Origin: a virus
Virus record (IMG/VR): IMGVR_UViG_3300044981_000387
Span: 56,728 to 120,727 of that record
DNA: 64,000 bases
Strand: one strand, 5' to 3'
The notes under the pieces are model-generated. The model had not been told where the DNA came from. It worked only from the letters and a program-made list of their open reading frames with translations, and did not search any database. Shown one piece after another: positions 17,917 through 27,635 of this stretch; position 1 is the stretch's first letter; each line of letters starts with the position of its first letter. The position numbers and the translations under genes are program-made.

Positions 17917-18737
17917 AGAAACAAATAGGCATGGACATCAATGTGGGAATTGGTGATCACTTATTCTTGCGCATCTTTATGGATGGCATTAAAGATCAAT
18001 ATGACAAAATTGCTATCACTCACTCTAAACCAGGAATGGCCTTTTGGCACAACAACGATGCCGCCCGCTGGGATTTTAACCTCAAACTAGGTCAGTTGGT
18101 TTTTAGTGAGCCTCCCTATGTCCTGGTGCCTAACGCTCGTTTCCCCTTTTATCCCAATGCCAGAATTATCAATGAGCTAAACAAGAAGCCGGTCAAACCC
18201 AATTTAGATTGCTTATGTGTAGGCACATCGCTTAACATTGATAAATATGTGGTGCTAACTACTAAAGTTAGACACATTGCTGCCCATGACCTTGAGGCAG
18301 CTAAAGTTAAGTTAACACCCGCCCTACAGCGCTTAACTAACAAATATATCGTTATTATCTCGGGAGAACGAGAGGTACAACGTACCAAAGAATATGAGGC
18401 AGAATGTAATAAGCTCATAGTGCATGGTCTGTACGATTATTTCGTCAGCGTTTTACCCAAAGAAAGAACCTTAGATCTCAGTATTCCCGCCTTAGGTGTC
18501 ACCTGCTCCACCATGCCAAAATTACAACAAGACTGCCTCATCATGAAAGAGGCGGAAGCCGTCATTAACTTTGGTATTGGCGGCAACCTATGGATCTCTA
18601 CCTGTGTGGCCAATCGTACTATTGGATGGCATAATGATGCCGACACCACTATGGATTTGATGCAAGGGTATCCCAATTACCAGGTAACCAGGGACCTAGA
18701 TCAATTTATTAGTTTCTTGGATAAGCTATCCGAGTAA
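17913..18737 (+). CDS. putative GT-B (GT9-like) glycosyltransferase, paralog B
   Basis: GIGDHLF N-terminus; paralog of 13600-14451. Confidence 0.5.
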   Translation: MKKQIGMDINVGIGDHLFLRIFMDGIKDQYDKIAITHSKPGMAFWHNNDAARWDFNLKLGQLVFSEPPYVLVPNARFPFYPNARIINELNKKPVKPNLDCLCVGTSLNIDKYVVLTTKVRHIAAHDLEAAKVKLTPALQRLTNKYIVIISGEREVQRTKEYEAECNKLIVHGLYDYFVSVLPKERTLDLSIPALGVTCSTMPKLQQDCLIMKEAEAVINFGIGGNLWISTCVANRTIGWHNDADTTMDLMQGYPNYQVTRDLDQFISFLDKLSE

Positions 18738-19514
18738 AACCTTAGTGGGCTCAATGAAACGAAAAATACTGGTATCTTGTTCGATACAAACGCTATCAAT
18801 GCTCTCAAAATGATGTAATTGGGCGGTAGGTAAATGGGCAGCATCGGCTCTTCCTTTAGCCATCTTAGCATGAAAATCTTCTAAAGATTTGATAGTATAA
18901 TGGTTAAGCTGAATAGTCTCCACATTATGAGTTTTACTCCACGCATTAGGAATGCCGGCGAAATCCTCTCCAACAGCGAAAAAACCGTGTTGTGGTACAA
19001 AATAGTGTGGATTACTGCCAGCACACTGTATTTTAGAAGGTTGGATGATGGCTTTGGTATGTAAGTTCTCTTTATAAGAACTAGGACTAGAATGAGTATA
19101 GTTTTCTATCACTAATCCTGTTGGACGTGTGATATGACCGCTGGAACCAAAAATAACCCAATTAACTTGCAAGCTAGAGTAATTACCGAAATTATCTAGC
19201 ACATCCAAAACAGAATCAGTTTTCTTAGGCACCAAGAACTCATCACAATCGATCATGGCTATCCACTGACTATCACCCCCAAATCGGCGCAAACAATCGT
19301 TATAAGCGGGCATCTGCTTACTGGGACCAGGGAACTCAATACAGGTGACGTATTGAGCGGCAATCTCTTGAGCCAGAGTCTCGCGAACTGGTACCGTACT
19401 GTCGTTATCATAAATGTAGATATGCTCTACCCCCACCAGACGATGGTAGTTGACCCACTCTCGCAAACCATACTGCTCGTTTTTTGCGATACCACAAATT
19501 GAGAGCTTATACAT
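18726..19514 (-). CDS. glycosyltransferase family 92/2-like
   Basis: LREWVNYHRLVGVEHIYIYDNDS, WIAMIDCDEFL, NWVIFGSSG, LNHYTIKS; ends in TAG. Confidence 0.88.
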   Translation of the reverse strand: MYKLSICGIAKNEQYGLREWVNYHRLVGVEHIYIYDNDSTVPVRETLAQEIAAQYVTCIEFPGPSKQMPAYNDCLRRFGGDSQWIAMIDCDEFLVPKKTDSVLDVLDNFGNYSSLQVNWVIFGSSGHITRPTGLVIENYTHSSPSSYKENLHTKAIIQPSKIQCAGSNPHYFVPQHGFFAVGEDFAGIPNAWSKTHNVETIQLNHYTIKSLEDFHAKMAKGRADAAHLPTAQLHHFESIDSVCIEQDTSIFRFIEPTKVLLG

Positions 19515-19735
19515 TAGTCCTCATTGCTTGGTCGCTTACGGATGATCACAACCTCGGGAACTTTAGCTTCCGTTTGGTTAGAAAAATTGCATTTGCGACA
19601 CTTAATTTTCTTGTTAATAGCACGAGCATTGCCGACAATATCTGCCTCACCCAAACATATTTTACAACGTAAAATCTTCATAATATTATCTATATCACTC
19701 TTCGTGATCAAATGATACAATAGTGAAACGATCAT
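19514..19735 (-). CDS. hypothetical zinc-ribbon protein
   Basis: CKIC ... CRKC. Confidence 0.55.
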   Translation of the reverse strand: MIVSLLYHLITKSDIDNIMKILRCKICLGEADIVGNARAINKKIKCRKCNFSNQTEAKVPEVVIIRKRPSNED

Positions 19736-20210
19736 CCAATAAGGGCTCTACTATCGGTTTCACATCTGCCCATACTAATCCGCCTATCCCTACACCCATC
19801 CTTGGACATACGATCCCCTTCAACTCAAACCTATATACCATCTTAACTAATTCTTCTGCCGACTGTTTAATTAGAGATAATTTGGCTCCCTCTAATAAAC
19901 TATCAATAGTAGGAAAACTAATTATTAGTGTCTTAAACTTTTTCTCCTTAATTATTTTAAGAGATGGTTCAATATAATTTCCTTCTTTATCTAAAGCACC
20001 AATTACGAATGGAACATTAGTTCCAAAGTTCTTTAAGCATTTACCTAACCTTAAACTGGTCTCTGGCCAACGACGTGCACACACGCCCGCACAACCACCG
20101 CCCATACACGCCTCACCATCCTCAGTATAGTGTGAATTAGTAGTGATGCAAATGGCATCCACACCTTCTTCCATAATGGTAGCGAACAAATCGGCTTTAC
20201 GTTCTTTCAT
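19695..20210 (-). CDS. macrodomain protein (ADP-ribose processing)
   Basis: ADLF, AICITTN, MGGGCAG, SFPT, PRMGVGIGGLVW. Confidence 0.85.
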   Translation of the reverse strand: MKERKADLFATIMEEGVDAICITTNSHYTEDGEACMGGGCAGVCARRWPETSLRLGKCLKNFGTNVPFVIGALDKEGNYIEPSLKIIKEKKFKTLIISFPTIDSLLEGAKLSLIKQSAEELVKMVYRFELKGIVCPRMGVGIGGLVWADVKPIVEPLLDDRFTIVSFDHEE

Positions 20211-20560
20211 GGCAGAGCTCCGAAATCTTTGAGAATACTATCAGCATACTCTCTAATAGTTGGAGAGGGATCGATAGTAGACATAGATTGTAATTTATCA
20301 AGAATGTCTTGAGGCGGCTTCTTCTCCATGTAAAAAGAAGAAAGGCCAATCATAGCGCCTTCGCGTACCACAGCGTTGATATGTTTGAGTAGTTGTCGAA
20401 GAGTGGGAAGCACCATATTTTCGTCGGTAACTTCACCACCTAACAACTCAGCCCCAAAAGTCAACAAATAGGTGTCGGCGTTGGGGCTGGTTAAAAGACG
20501 TACAAGTTCTTTGGGATTGTTTTGTACCATAGCTTTGAGTTGGATTTCGGAGTAGCTCAT
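20207..20560 (-). CDS. HEAT-repeat-like protein
   Basis: LRQLLKHINAVVREGAMIGL ... DPSPTIREYA. Confidence 0.55.
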   Translation of the reverse strand: MSYSEIQLKAMVQNNPKELVRLLTSPNADTYLLTFGAELLGGEVTDENMVLPTLRQLLKHINAVVREGAMIGLSSFYMEKKPPQDILDKLQSMSTIDPSPTIREYADSILKDFGALP

Positions 20561-21279
20561 CTGACCTCGTAGTTGGATTGGTAATAGACTTGTTTAGCTG
20601 AAACTTGTATAATTTCTTTCGTCTCCCATATTAAAGCGCTTAGGCGCCCGCCGAAGCAGCAGCCCGTATCCAAACCATAACAGGTGACACCGGAAGCCTT
20701 TTCTTCAATGAGTGGGTTCTCAAAAGAGCAAACATTATGGCCATAGACAACGGATTTAGGGCCATACCAAAAATCCGTCCAAAAGATGGCACCCGCCTCT
20801 TTTTTACCGAGCTTGTTAATTTTCTTTAGACTAACAAATCTTCGATTAGCGTCAGTATATCGCAGATACATCAAATCATCTTTGGTTTGATTAGAAAGCA
20901 AAATGCCGGGCTTTAACCCGGCATGCACAGCGACAACATCTTCCAACTCAATATAAGTTGGCATGTTAACAATATAGTTTATGTCCTCATCAGATAATTT
21001 AGTATAAAAATCTTTGCGATCGTAAACGTCTACCCTAGAACCTTGAGATCGAAACCATTTGAGGAACTTATGTTCATGATTACCCATGACACACTCCAAG
21101 TTCAACTCCCTAGCTCTCTTGACTACCGCCAAAGAGTCTGGGCCCCTGTCCACCAAGTCTCCTAATAAGATAAGTCTATCATGTTCCGCATTATATGAGA
21201 GCTTTTGCAGCAACTCATTAAACTCATCTACACATCCGTGTATATCGCCAACAAATATAAGACGCTCTTTAATTTCCAT
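20557..21279 (-). CDS. calcineurin-like metallophosphoesterase (ApaH/PrpA type)
   Basis: GDIHGC, GDLVDRGPDS, GNHE, VHAG, YGH, LDTGCCFGGRLS. Confidence 0.92.
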   Translation of the reverse strand: MEIKERLIFVGDIHGCVDEFNELLQKLSYNAEHDRLILLGDLVDRGPDSLAVVKRARELNLECVMGNHEHKFLKWFRSQGSRVDVYDRKDFYTKLSDEDINYIVNMPTYIELEDVVAVHAGLKPGILLSNQTKDDLMYLRYTDANRRFVSLKKINKLGKKEAGAIFWTDFWYGPKSVVYGHNVCSFENPLIEEKASGVTCYGLDTGCCFGGRLSALIWETKEIIQVSAKQVYYQSNYEVR

Positions 21280-21538
21280 CCCTCTTCAACTCTTCTTTCT
21301 TGCCACTATCAATAGAGGGTTGCGGATCATCAAAGACAAGTAAAGTTCGACCTTCATGTCCATGAACCTGTATCACATCATCAATAGAATGATAAAGATT
21401 AATGCTGCCATACTTACCTAGCCAGTGAACAACAGCCTCACCAGTATCAGTAAATAAGCAACCTTCTGCTACTCTTCCGCAACCACTTACGCCTGACGCA
21501 TCTTCCAATCTATCGAAATGAAATCTACGTAATCCCAT
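21269..21538 (-). CDS. conserved phage hypothetical protein
   Basis: EDASGVSGCGRVAEG ... VHGHEG. Confidence 0.7.
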   Translation of the reverse strand: MGLRRFHFDRLEDASGVSGCGRVAEGCLFTDTGEAVVHWLGKYGSINLYHSIDDVIQVHGHEGRTLLVFDDPQPSIDSGKKEELKRDGN

Positions 21539-21589
21539 AAAAGTATCCTTGGTTATTCCCTCGTATAATTGATGTCTCGTTATTCACAT

Positions 21590-21617
21590 AATATAACTCA
21601 GCTCCCAAGGGCGTCAA
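21590..21617 (-). promoter_or_regulatory. sigma70-type promoter
   Basis: TTGACG-N16-TATATT in an intergenic gap. Confidence 0.55.
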
Positions 21618-21623
21618 GAGCCA

Positions 21624-22304
21624 TTATTTTGCTAATTTCAGCTTATTCTTAATAATTTCCTGGTCTTTCCAATGTTCTGACGTCTGCACATGATTAGCAC
21701 GCACGCACTTCATTACACAGGTTGAAAAGTCTTTATCATCAAATAATTCAGAAACACGAACCACTACGCCCTCTCTTATACCACCACAAGCAGAGGGTTG
21801 AATCATTAAAGATTCCGTTAATTCTCGCAATTCTTTTTCAGAATGAACTTGTCCATCCCATAACACCGGAACGGTGGGCACTTCAATTTCTTGTGCCCAC
21901 ATTTTCACCTCTTCCCAAGAAGCCCAATCATCAAAATCACGATCATAAGGGTTTAGATATCTAACACCAAATAAAAGAAAATATCCTGGTAATTCTGAAT
22001 ATTCAATAGAATGTTTAGCATAACACCACTCACCAAATAATTGTTCACAGCCGCCAATATGATGTTTGATTGCGGCGTGTAAAGCTTTAAGACCATCAAA
22101 GGATGCGTGGGAAGGCGGACCTGAATGGGTGCGGGCAAAGCATCCAGTTAATTCCAGTGAGGTATTGCTGCCATCGACCTTTTCCGTAATAACAATGGGG
22201 ACACCGATAAGACGAGACAGATCGGTAGCGATCTTGTCGTCATTAGTTGCACCCTTGCTCCATGGTAAATGGAAAGTGCGATTGTATTTAGGGGAATCCA
22301 TCAT
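21624..22304 (-). CDS. ATP-dependent RNA ligase family protein
   Basis: KYNRTFHLPWS, TEKVDGSN (motif I), LFGEW, FLLFG, EGVVVR, KCVR. Confidence 0.88.
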   Translation of the reverse strand: MMDSPKYNRTFHLPWSKGATNDDKIATDLSRLIGVPIVITEKVDGSNTSLELTGCFARTHSGPPSHASFDGLKALHAAIKHHIGGCEQLFGEWCYAKHSIEYSELPGYFLLFGVRYLNPYDRDFDDWASWEEVKMWAQEIEVPTVPVLWDGQVHSEKELRELTESLMIQPSACGGIREGVVVRVSELFDDKDFSTCVMKCVRANHVQTSEHWKDQEIIKNKLKLAK

Positions 22305-22321
22305 TATTCTCGCATATTTAC

Positions 22322-22708
22322 ATGATTGAATTGATCACACACGGTATTAATTTACTACGATGTAAGTTTAGGGATGTTGGCATTTCGACTAAACGATCGG
22401 GTCGGTGGCCCACGGTGGAGAAACATTTCCGAGAAGAACATCCAACTTGTGCCGCATGTGGTGGAACTAAAAACATTAACATCCATCACATTCATCCTTT
22501 TCATGTTTTTCCAGCTTTAGAATTAGATCCCAATAATTTAATAACATTATGCATGGGAAAATTAGAATGCCACCTTCAACTTGGACATTTTGGAAACTTC
22601 AAGTTTTACAATCCCAATATTAGAAAAGATGCTGCCACAGTTTTGGCTTATCCCGATAAGTTTGATGATATCGTTAAAGAATCTATGGCTAATAGAAAAG
22701 TTAACTAA
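22322..22708 (+). CDS. HNH endonuclease
   Basis: CAACG, HHIHP, NNLITLC, CHLQLGH. Confidence 0.85.
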   Translation: MIELITHGINLLRCKFRDVGISTKRSGRWPTVEKHFREEHPTCAACGGTKNINIHHIHPFHVFPALELDPNNLITLCMGKLECHLQLGHFGNFKFYNPNIRKDAATVLAYPDKFDDIVKESMANRKVN

Positions 22709-23441
22709 CCAACAAAAAATGTCTCATCCTAGACTTTTTCACATATTTGGCAAACTTCTTAATCTCTTCGTTGTTGCCGCTATCCAATACAGCTTGCTCT
22801 AATTTCTCAACATTGGCTAATTTAATTTTACCAGCCAACAACCTAATATAGGTAAAAGACCCTAGAGCAATAATTAAGTCTTCAATCTGGCGTATATCTT
22901 CAGAATTATTTAGATGCTTGGCTAGCTCGAATAAATATCTAGGTTTGCCAGAGGCAAGAATAACTTGCTTGAACTTACTAACTTTTGCCTGTTTAACATG
23001 CTTAAGATACATATGAGCATATTTTACTTTGTTGGAATCTATAATTATTTTTTCTAAAATAGAATGGTCGGCAGATTCAACAAAACAAGCAAAATGGGTA
23101 ATATATTTTATTTTCTTGGACTTGACTACTAGGTTTTGTAAAGCCTTAATATCAGCATGAGGTATATGTCGAGCAAACATAAAAGCATATTTAGGATCTT
23201 TGTTATCTAAAATAACTTTTTGCATTCTAAATTGTTTATAAGGAAACTCGTTAGCACAAAAATAAGCAAAAGCAGAGTTATTATCTTTTACAATCTCGTT
23301 TTGTAATTTCTCTACTTCTTCGATGTTATAACCGTTTTTATCTTTGCTATACGGGTTAGTTTTAAGTTTTCTCTCACTCAAAAGTTTATCCCATTGTAGG
23401 GAATCTTCGCTATAATCATTCTCCGGTATGTATCCACTCAT
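22701..23441 (-). CDS. helical repeat protein
   Basis: Repeated roughly 26 aa units (KYAFMFA..I..ADIKALQ..V). Confidence 0.65.
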   Translation of the reverse strand: MSGYIPENDYSEDSLQWDKLLSERKLKTNPYSKDKNGYNIEEVEKLQNEIVKDNNSAFAYFCANEFPYKQFRMQKVILDNKDPKYAFMFARHIPHADIKALQNLVVKSKKIKYITHFACFVESADHSILEKIIIDSNKVKYAHMYLKHVKQAKVSKFKQVILASGKPRYLFELAKHLNNSEDIRQIEDLIIALGSFTYIRLLAGKIKLANVEKLEQAVLDSGNNEEIKKFAKYVKKSRMRHFLLVS

Positions 23442-23472
23442 ACCTTATATATATCATAATTAACATTCAATG

Positions 23473-24678
23473 TTAAATAACAGATAGTATTTTATCAATA
23501 AACGAATCTGGCCATGTGCCATCCTTACGACTTTTTTCAATAAAGTCTTTAGCCGAATTAGCCTTTTCATTATAAATATGATAAAACATAGCCGGCATAC
23601 TTGGATTATATTTTTGCACAGTTAGGGCAAAAGTCTTTTTATCAGGCGCAACAGATCGTGCCTCTGCAGTAATTATTTGCACTAACTCCTCTTGTTTTTT
23701 GAGCCATATCACAAATCTCTCTTTAAGAGAGGCAAGGTTAGCCTGTATTTCTTGTGGTAAGAAAGAGGCAGCATCATCGTCTTTGCCCAATAAAATCAGC
23801 TCCAAACAATTTCTTGGAGAGGTAGCAAGGCTTTCCCTAATTTTGGAAGCTGCCACATAAGCAGCATTCTTAACTTTGATTCGATTGAAGTTGGCATCTC
23901 GTATTACCACGCCCTCGTGTTCCATTGGATTGAGCGAAGAAACCCAATCCAAAAGTTCAGACACAGAGGTGTAGGTGTGTGCCTGCACATGCTGAATACC
24001 TATGATACAAATATCGCTACTATTATGTTCTAGTCCAGTAACTATATTGCGTGCTGCCAAAAGCGTCACATGATTATCAGGATAATAAACTACTATCCTG
24101 TTGTAAGGAGTGGTTAGCTCAAAACAATATGTAGTATTTTTATCCAACTGATCGGTTAGATCTTGAAATGAATATTTGGCAGTATCCTGCACCGCTTTCT
24201 CAAAAAGAGTTCGGAAAGTGAAGATACCATTATCCATTAACAAGTCAGCCTCGGGCACGCTACGGGTAGCTACACACCACTGATTAGTGAAGGGGTCGTA
24301 ATAAACAATACACAGGGTGCCATCTAACTTTTCTAAGACCGCCAAGTTAGGATCGCTCCAATTGATAGGAGCGGCTGATCCTTGACCGATATTAAAAAAC
24401 CTTCGCATTGGATATGCTAGTATTCTAGTCTTACCCGGAATGGTAGCATCTCTGGTAGCAAAACCAGTAGTTCCAGTAGCAAGAATATATTGACCATCCT
24501 CACAAGCCAAAACTAACCCTCGACACTCTTGTGCCAAAGGATCGGCTTCCTTCGCTTCGATCTGATCATAGTTGAGAGAGAACTTGTGCCCTGACTTAGA
24601 GAAGGAGGCATAGACACCGTGTTGCTCCTGTAGCTCCTTGAAAGTATGAGTCTCTAAAAACTTTTGCACCAATAACAT
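23473..24678 (-). CDS. T4 Rnl1-like RNA ligase
   Basis: QECRGLV, RRFFNIG, EKLDGTL, FELTTPYN, EGVV, RIKVK. Confidence 0.9.
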   Translation of the reverse strand: MLLVQKFLETHTFKELQEQHGVYASFSKSGHKFSLNYDQIEAKEADPLAQECRGLVLACEDGQYILATGTTGFATRDATIPGKTRILAYPMRRFFNIGQGSAAPINWSDPNLAVLEKLDGTLCIVYYDPFTNQWCVATRSVPEADLLMDNGIFTFRTLFEKAVQDTAKYSFQDLTDQLDKNTTYCFELTTPYNRIVVYYPDNHVTLLAARNIVTGLEHNSSDICIIGIQHVQAHTYTSVSELLDWVSSLNPMEHEGVVIRDANFNRIKVKNAAYVAASKIRESLATSPRNCLELILLGKDDDAASFLPQEIQANLASLKERFVIWLKKQEELVQIITAEARSVAPDKKTFALTVQKYNPSMPAMFYHIYNEKANSAKDFIEKSRKDGTWPDSFIDKILSVI

Positions 24679-24679
24679 T

Positions 24680-25093
24680 TTACTTATTAAACCTCACACC
24701 ATTATTAGCCATATGTTTAATAATAGTTTCTCCAATATATTTGGATTCATCCGCTATCTTTTGTAGATCGGGTAAAGGTATTCGTTCTCTCTCTTCTTTT
24801 TCTAAAGAATGAAAAATCCAATTATCTCCGTATTTATCTTTGAGGTGAGCATAAAATTGTTCATCGGTGAGAGTAAATAAATCATTAAGAAACTGTAAAT
24901 TACGAGACATTTTAATGGTAAAAACTCGTCCGATCATTTTCATTAAATTAGACTGAAGTGTTCGTAATTGATCGTCCGACATTTCTTGCACTTCATCGCT
25001 TTCCATAATTTGGCTCAAGCCATATCGGAAATCTAAAATAAAACGTTCACCCTCTTCGGTCAAAGAACCATTTTCCTTAAAAAGATTTTTCAT
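24680..25093 (-). CDS. hypothetical protein
   Basis: MKNLFKENGSL...; start moved to 25093. Confidence 0.65.
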   Translation of the reverse strand: MKNLFKENGSLTEEGERFILDFRYGLSQIMESDEVQEMSDDQLRTLQSNLMKMIGRVFTIKMSRNLQFLNDLFTLTDEQFYAHLKDKYGDNWIFHSLEKEERERIPLPDLQKIADESKYIGETIIKHMANNGVRFNK

Positions 25094-25094
25094 A

Positions 25095-25334
25095 TCAGTC
25101 CCTAGTAGTAAGCAGTGCCATGACGCATACGCCGCTGGCAATAGCGGCTGCCCAACTGACCGGATGAGAAGACACGACCATAAAAATATGTGCAGAGCTG
25201 GGCCAATAGGTCAGCAACAGATATCGTATGCCAACCCAGCCAGCACATAATAAAATGAGCTTCCATAGCCAGCCGTCAATAAACAGCATCCAAACTATGT
25301 AAAGAACAATGAGCGAAACAATGCCGAAAATCAT
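25095..25334 (-). CDS. small membrane protein
   Basis: Three hydrophobic segments. Confidence 0.65.
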   Translation of the reverse strand: MIFGIVSLIVLYIVWMLFIDGWLWKLILLCAGWVGIRYLLLTYWPSSAHIFMVVSSHPVSWAAAIASGVCVMALLTTRD

Positions 25335-25340
25335 GGGTAT

Positions 25341-25368
25341 ATCTTAATTCTTATAAATTGGTTGTCAA
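25341..25368 (-). promoter_or_regulatory. sigma70 promoter with conserved spacer box
   Basis: TTGACA ACCAATTTATAAGAAT TAAGAT. Confidence 0.7.
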
Positions 25369-25685
25369 GCCTGAGGCAGCATGGCATCGATAACTTCTAC
25401 AATATCTGCCGACCTCAGCGCCTCTAATACTGGCTCTAGCTTTTTCTCGTCAAACTCAATTAATATCTGAGGCTCTGGTGAGTAGTCTTTAACTAATTTA
25501 ATAGACTTATCATCTAATAATGTTTTAAGCTCTTTCTTGAATTGTTTGATAGATTGCTGACATAATTCTTCGCGTAACTTCTGTTCTTCCTCTTTCTTGA
25601 CCTTTTTGCCTTTGAGATCTAGGTATTCCATCTTGAGAAAAATAAGGCGCCTTTTATCTGCCATGATAATCATCGCCTTCGGCAA
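25365..25685 (-). CDS. hypothetical protein
   Basis: 106 aa ORF. Confidence 0.6.
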   Translation of the reverse strand: MPKAMIIMADKRRLIFLKMEYLDLKGKKVKKEEEQKLREELCQQSIKQFKKELKTLLDDKSIKLVKDYSPEPQILIEFDEKKLEPVLEALRSADIVEVIDAMLPQA

Positions 25686-25845
25686 CCAGAGTGATTACCC
25701 TTTTTCGTTGATCACCCTCGCCAACAAAATCATCTACACAATGATTTACCGGGGTGGGTTTTCCATTCACATAAACATAAACCTCACCAAGAGCATTATA
25801 ACCACAAACTTCGGCTAAAAGTTTCAATAGATAAATAATTTTCAT
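25654..25845 (-). CDS. hypothetical protein
   Basis: 63 aa ORF, coupled to its neighbours. Confidence 0.55.
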   Translation of the reverse strand: MKIIYLLKLLAEVCGYNALGEVYVYVNGKPTPVNHCVDDFVGEGDQRKRVITLVAEGDDYHGR

Positions 25846-26109
25846 TTATATTCTCTCTAAAAAATAGAACTCCACGAACTCTTCTTTAGCTGCCCCATTA
25901 TCATTGATAACTTTGTAAGCATTGATGCGCAGATCTTTTAGATCAGGAGATATCTCACACCTAGATACTTCCACATACTCACCTGGCTCTAGAGTGACTA
26001 ATTTAGTTTTAGGTTGTAAAACGGTGGGTGGCTGAGAAACAACCTCATAGCCAGGCACCATAGCTACTTGACTAAAAACTTTTTTGAGAAGAACGAAAAC
26101 TTGACTCAT
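25846..26109 (-). CDS. hypothetical protein
   Basis: MSQVFVLLKK...; start moved to 26109. Confidence 0.6.
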   Translation of the reverse strand: MSQVFVLLKKVFSQVAMVPGYEVVSQPPTVLQPKTKLVTLEPGEYVEVSRCEISPDLKDLRINAYKVINDNGAAKEEFVEFYFLERI

Positions 26110-26110
26110 A

Positions 26111-26374
26111 TTAATTTTGAGTCTTTTTATCGGGCGTTTCATGACTAATTGTTCCGCCACAATCAGGGCAAACATTATCATTTTCTTGATTCCACTCTTC
26201 CCAAAACTCTTCCTGTGTCCATCCCACCGAAGACAAAAATAGCACCCATAGAGCTTGACACCTATCATCAATTTCCTCTCCATCGCCAGCCCCAAAAACA
26301 AAATGTAGCGTATCGAATACCTGATACACACTGTCGTAGTCCATTCTATCAATATTTTTCATTTTAATCTCCAA
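26111..26374 (-). CDS. hypothetical acidic zinc-ribbon protein
   Basis: CPDCG. Confidence 0.6.
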   Translation of the reverse strand: MEIKMKNIDRMDYDSVYQVFDTLHFVFGAGDGEEIDDRCQALWVLFLSSVGWTQEEFWEEWNQENDNVCPDCGGTISHETPDKKTQN

Positions 26375-26639
26375 TCACTTCACGCCACAGTTGTTCCATG
26401 ATACCCTTAAACTCGGGGCCCAAAGTTCTCAAAACATCTTTAGACTCTAGTTTATGTGTAATGGTGCCATTAAAACAATTAGCAGGACCACTACTACCGC
26501 CATGATTATGGCAACCATATCCTGCACAAAAGCCACAACGATATTCTAATATGATGCAGCTAACACCGGACTCTAAATCTATAGAGATCTGAAGTTTAGG
26601 TTTAGTTAATTCTATTCTTTCAATTAGTTCTACTTTCAT
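26364..26639 (-). CDS. hypothetical Cys-rich protein
   Basis: CGFCAGYGC ... C; GAGG RBS before 26639. Confidence 0.6.
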   Translation of the reverse strand: MKVELIERIELTKPKLQISIDLESGVSCIILEYRCGFCAGYGCHNHGGSSGPANCFNGTITHKLESKDVLRTLGPEFKGIMEQLWREVIGD

Positions 26640-26647
26640 AATACCTC

Positions 26648-27634
26648 TTAAAAATCGCCAGGTGCAACCTGAAAACAAGTCAGCCCTTTAGACCTCCAGA
26701 AGTCCACAACACTCGACCTATCATCCAAAACCAGCAACACATTATACTTACCTTCAATGTGTTCTTGATAGATTTCTTCCTTGATGATAGCATCCTTACG
26801 GAAGTCATCAGTCTTACGCATATGAAGGTCGTATGGGATTGGTAGGACTGCGTTGGTTAGGTTTCCCTTCATTAGGTTATCGCAACCAATGGAGCTACGG
26901 CACCACTTCTCAATAAACCTAACGGTCTCTGGACGATATTTATCTTCTCTGCCTGAGCAGAAAATGATTCGGCGTCCAGCCCTATAATGAGCTAACACCG
27001 TCTCTATCACGGGAGTGTTAGGCAGATCCTTCTGATCGCAATCGGAAGCATCATAAGGGCTGCGATTGTGTATCAAGGCTAGGGTGCCGTCCAAGTCACA
27101 AATGACCGCTTCTGGTAAGCTAGAATCATAAGCTGGGCCTTCCACCGTTTGACTGTGGTGTCCCATCTGTTGTGTATATATTTCCACACGCGGCTTATAG
27201 AATCGGAATTGCTTGCCACCAGAATCTTTCCACCATTTCCTGACCACATCATCCGGCACGCGAGCCGCACCTTCACGTTTGGAGTTGCGTTCCAAAGCCT
27301 CCTCAAGTTCGATATAAAAAGCCTTCTCAAACACCTGCACATCCACATTGACCGATTTGGCAATCTTGCACACATCGTCAAAGTGGCGACGGTTCAAGTT
27401 GAGGTTGTCGATGATGATGTTCTTCCCACGCTTCATGGCATCTCGTATCAAGTAATTACGAGCATCGGTAATGATCTTTTCATAATCCGAAGACCAGACC
27501 GAACCATTCATCATGGCTCGTAGATCATCATTGTTGATACGAACCCAATTGGATGGATCTTTGGCGATGACTTGCTTGGCGTAAGTGCTCTTGCCAGATC
27601 CGGGGATCCCTACTAACATTTCTACTTTAATCAT
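26648..27634 (-). CDS. polynucleotide 5'-kinase/3'-phosphatase (T4 PseT-like)
   Basis: GIPGSGKST, IIIDNLN, HAD motif CDLDGTL, SGRE, MRK..DFRKD..IK, DDR..VV..WR..G. Confidence 0.92.
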   Translation of the reverse strand: MIKVEMLVGIPGSGKSTYAKQVIAKDPSNWVRINNDDLRAMMNGSVWSSDYEKIITDARNYLIRDAMKRGKNIIIDNLNLNRRHFDDVCKIAKSVNVDVQVFEKAFYIELEEALERNSKREGAARVPDDVVRKWWKDSGGKQFRFYKPRVEIYTQQMGHHSQTVEGPAYDSSLPEAVICDLDGTLALIHNRSPYDASDCDQKDLPNTPVIETVLAHYRAGRRIIFCSGREDKYRPETVRFIEKWCRSSIGCDNLMKGNLTNAVLPIPYDLHMRKTDDFRKDAIIKEEIYQEHIEGKYNVLLVLDDRSSVVDFWRSKGLTCFQVAPGDF

Positions 27635-27635
27635 T

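Noticed and set aside
25846-26352. 168 aa version of the ORF
   Set aside because: The extension overlaps the 26111-26374 gene; the start at 26109 is more plausible.
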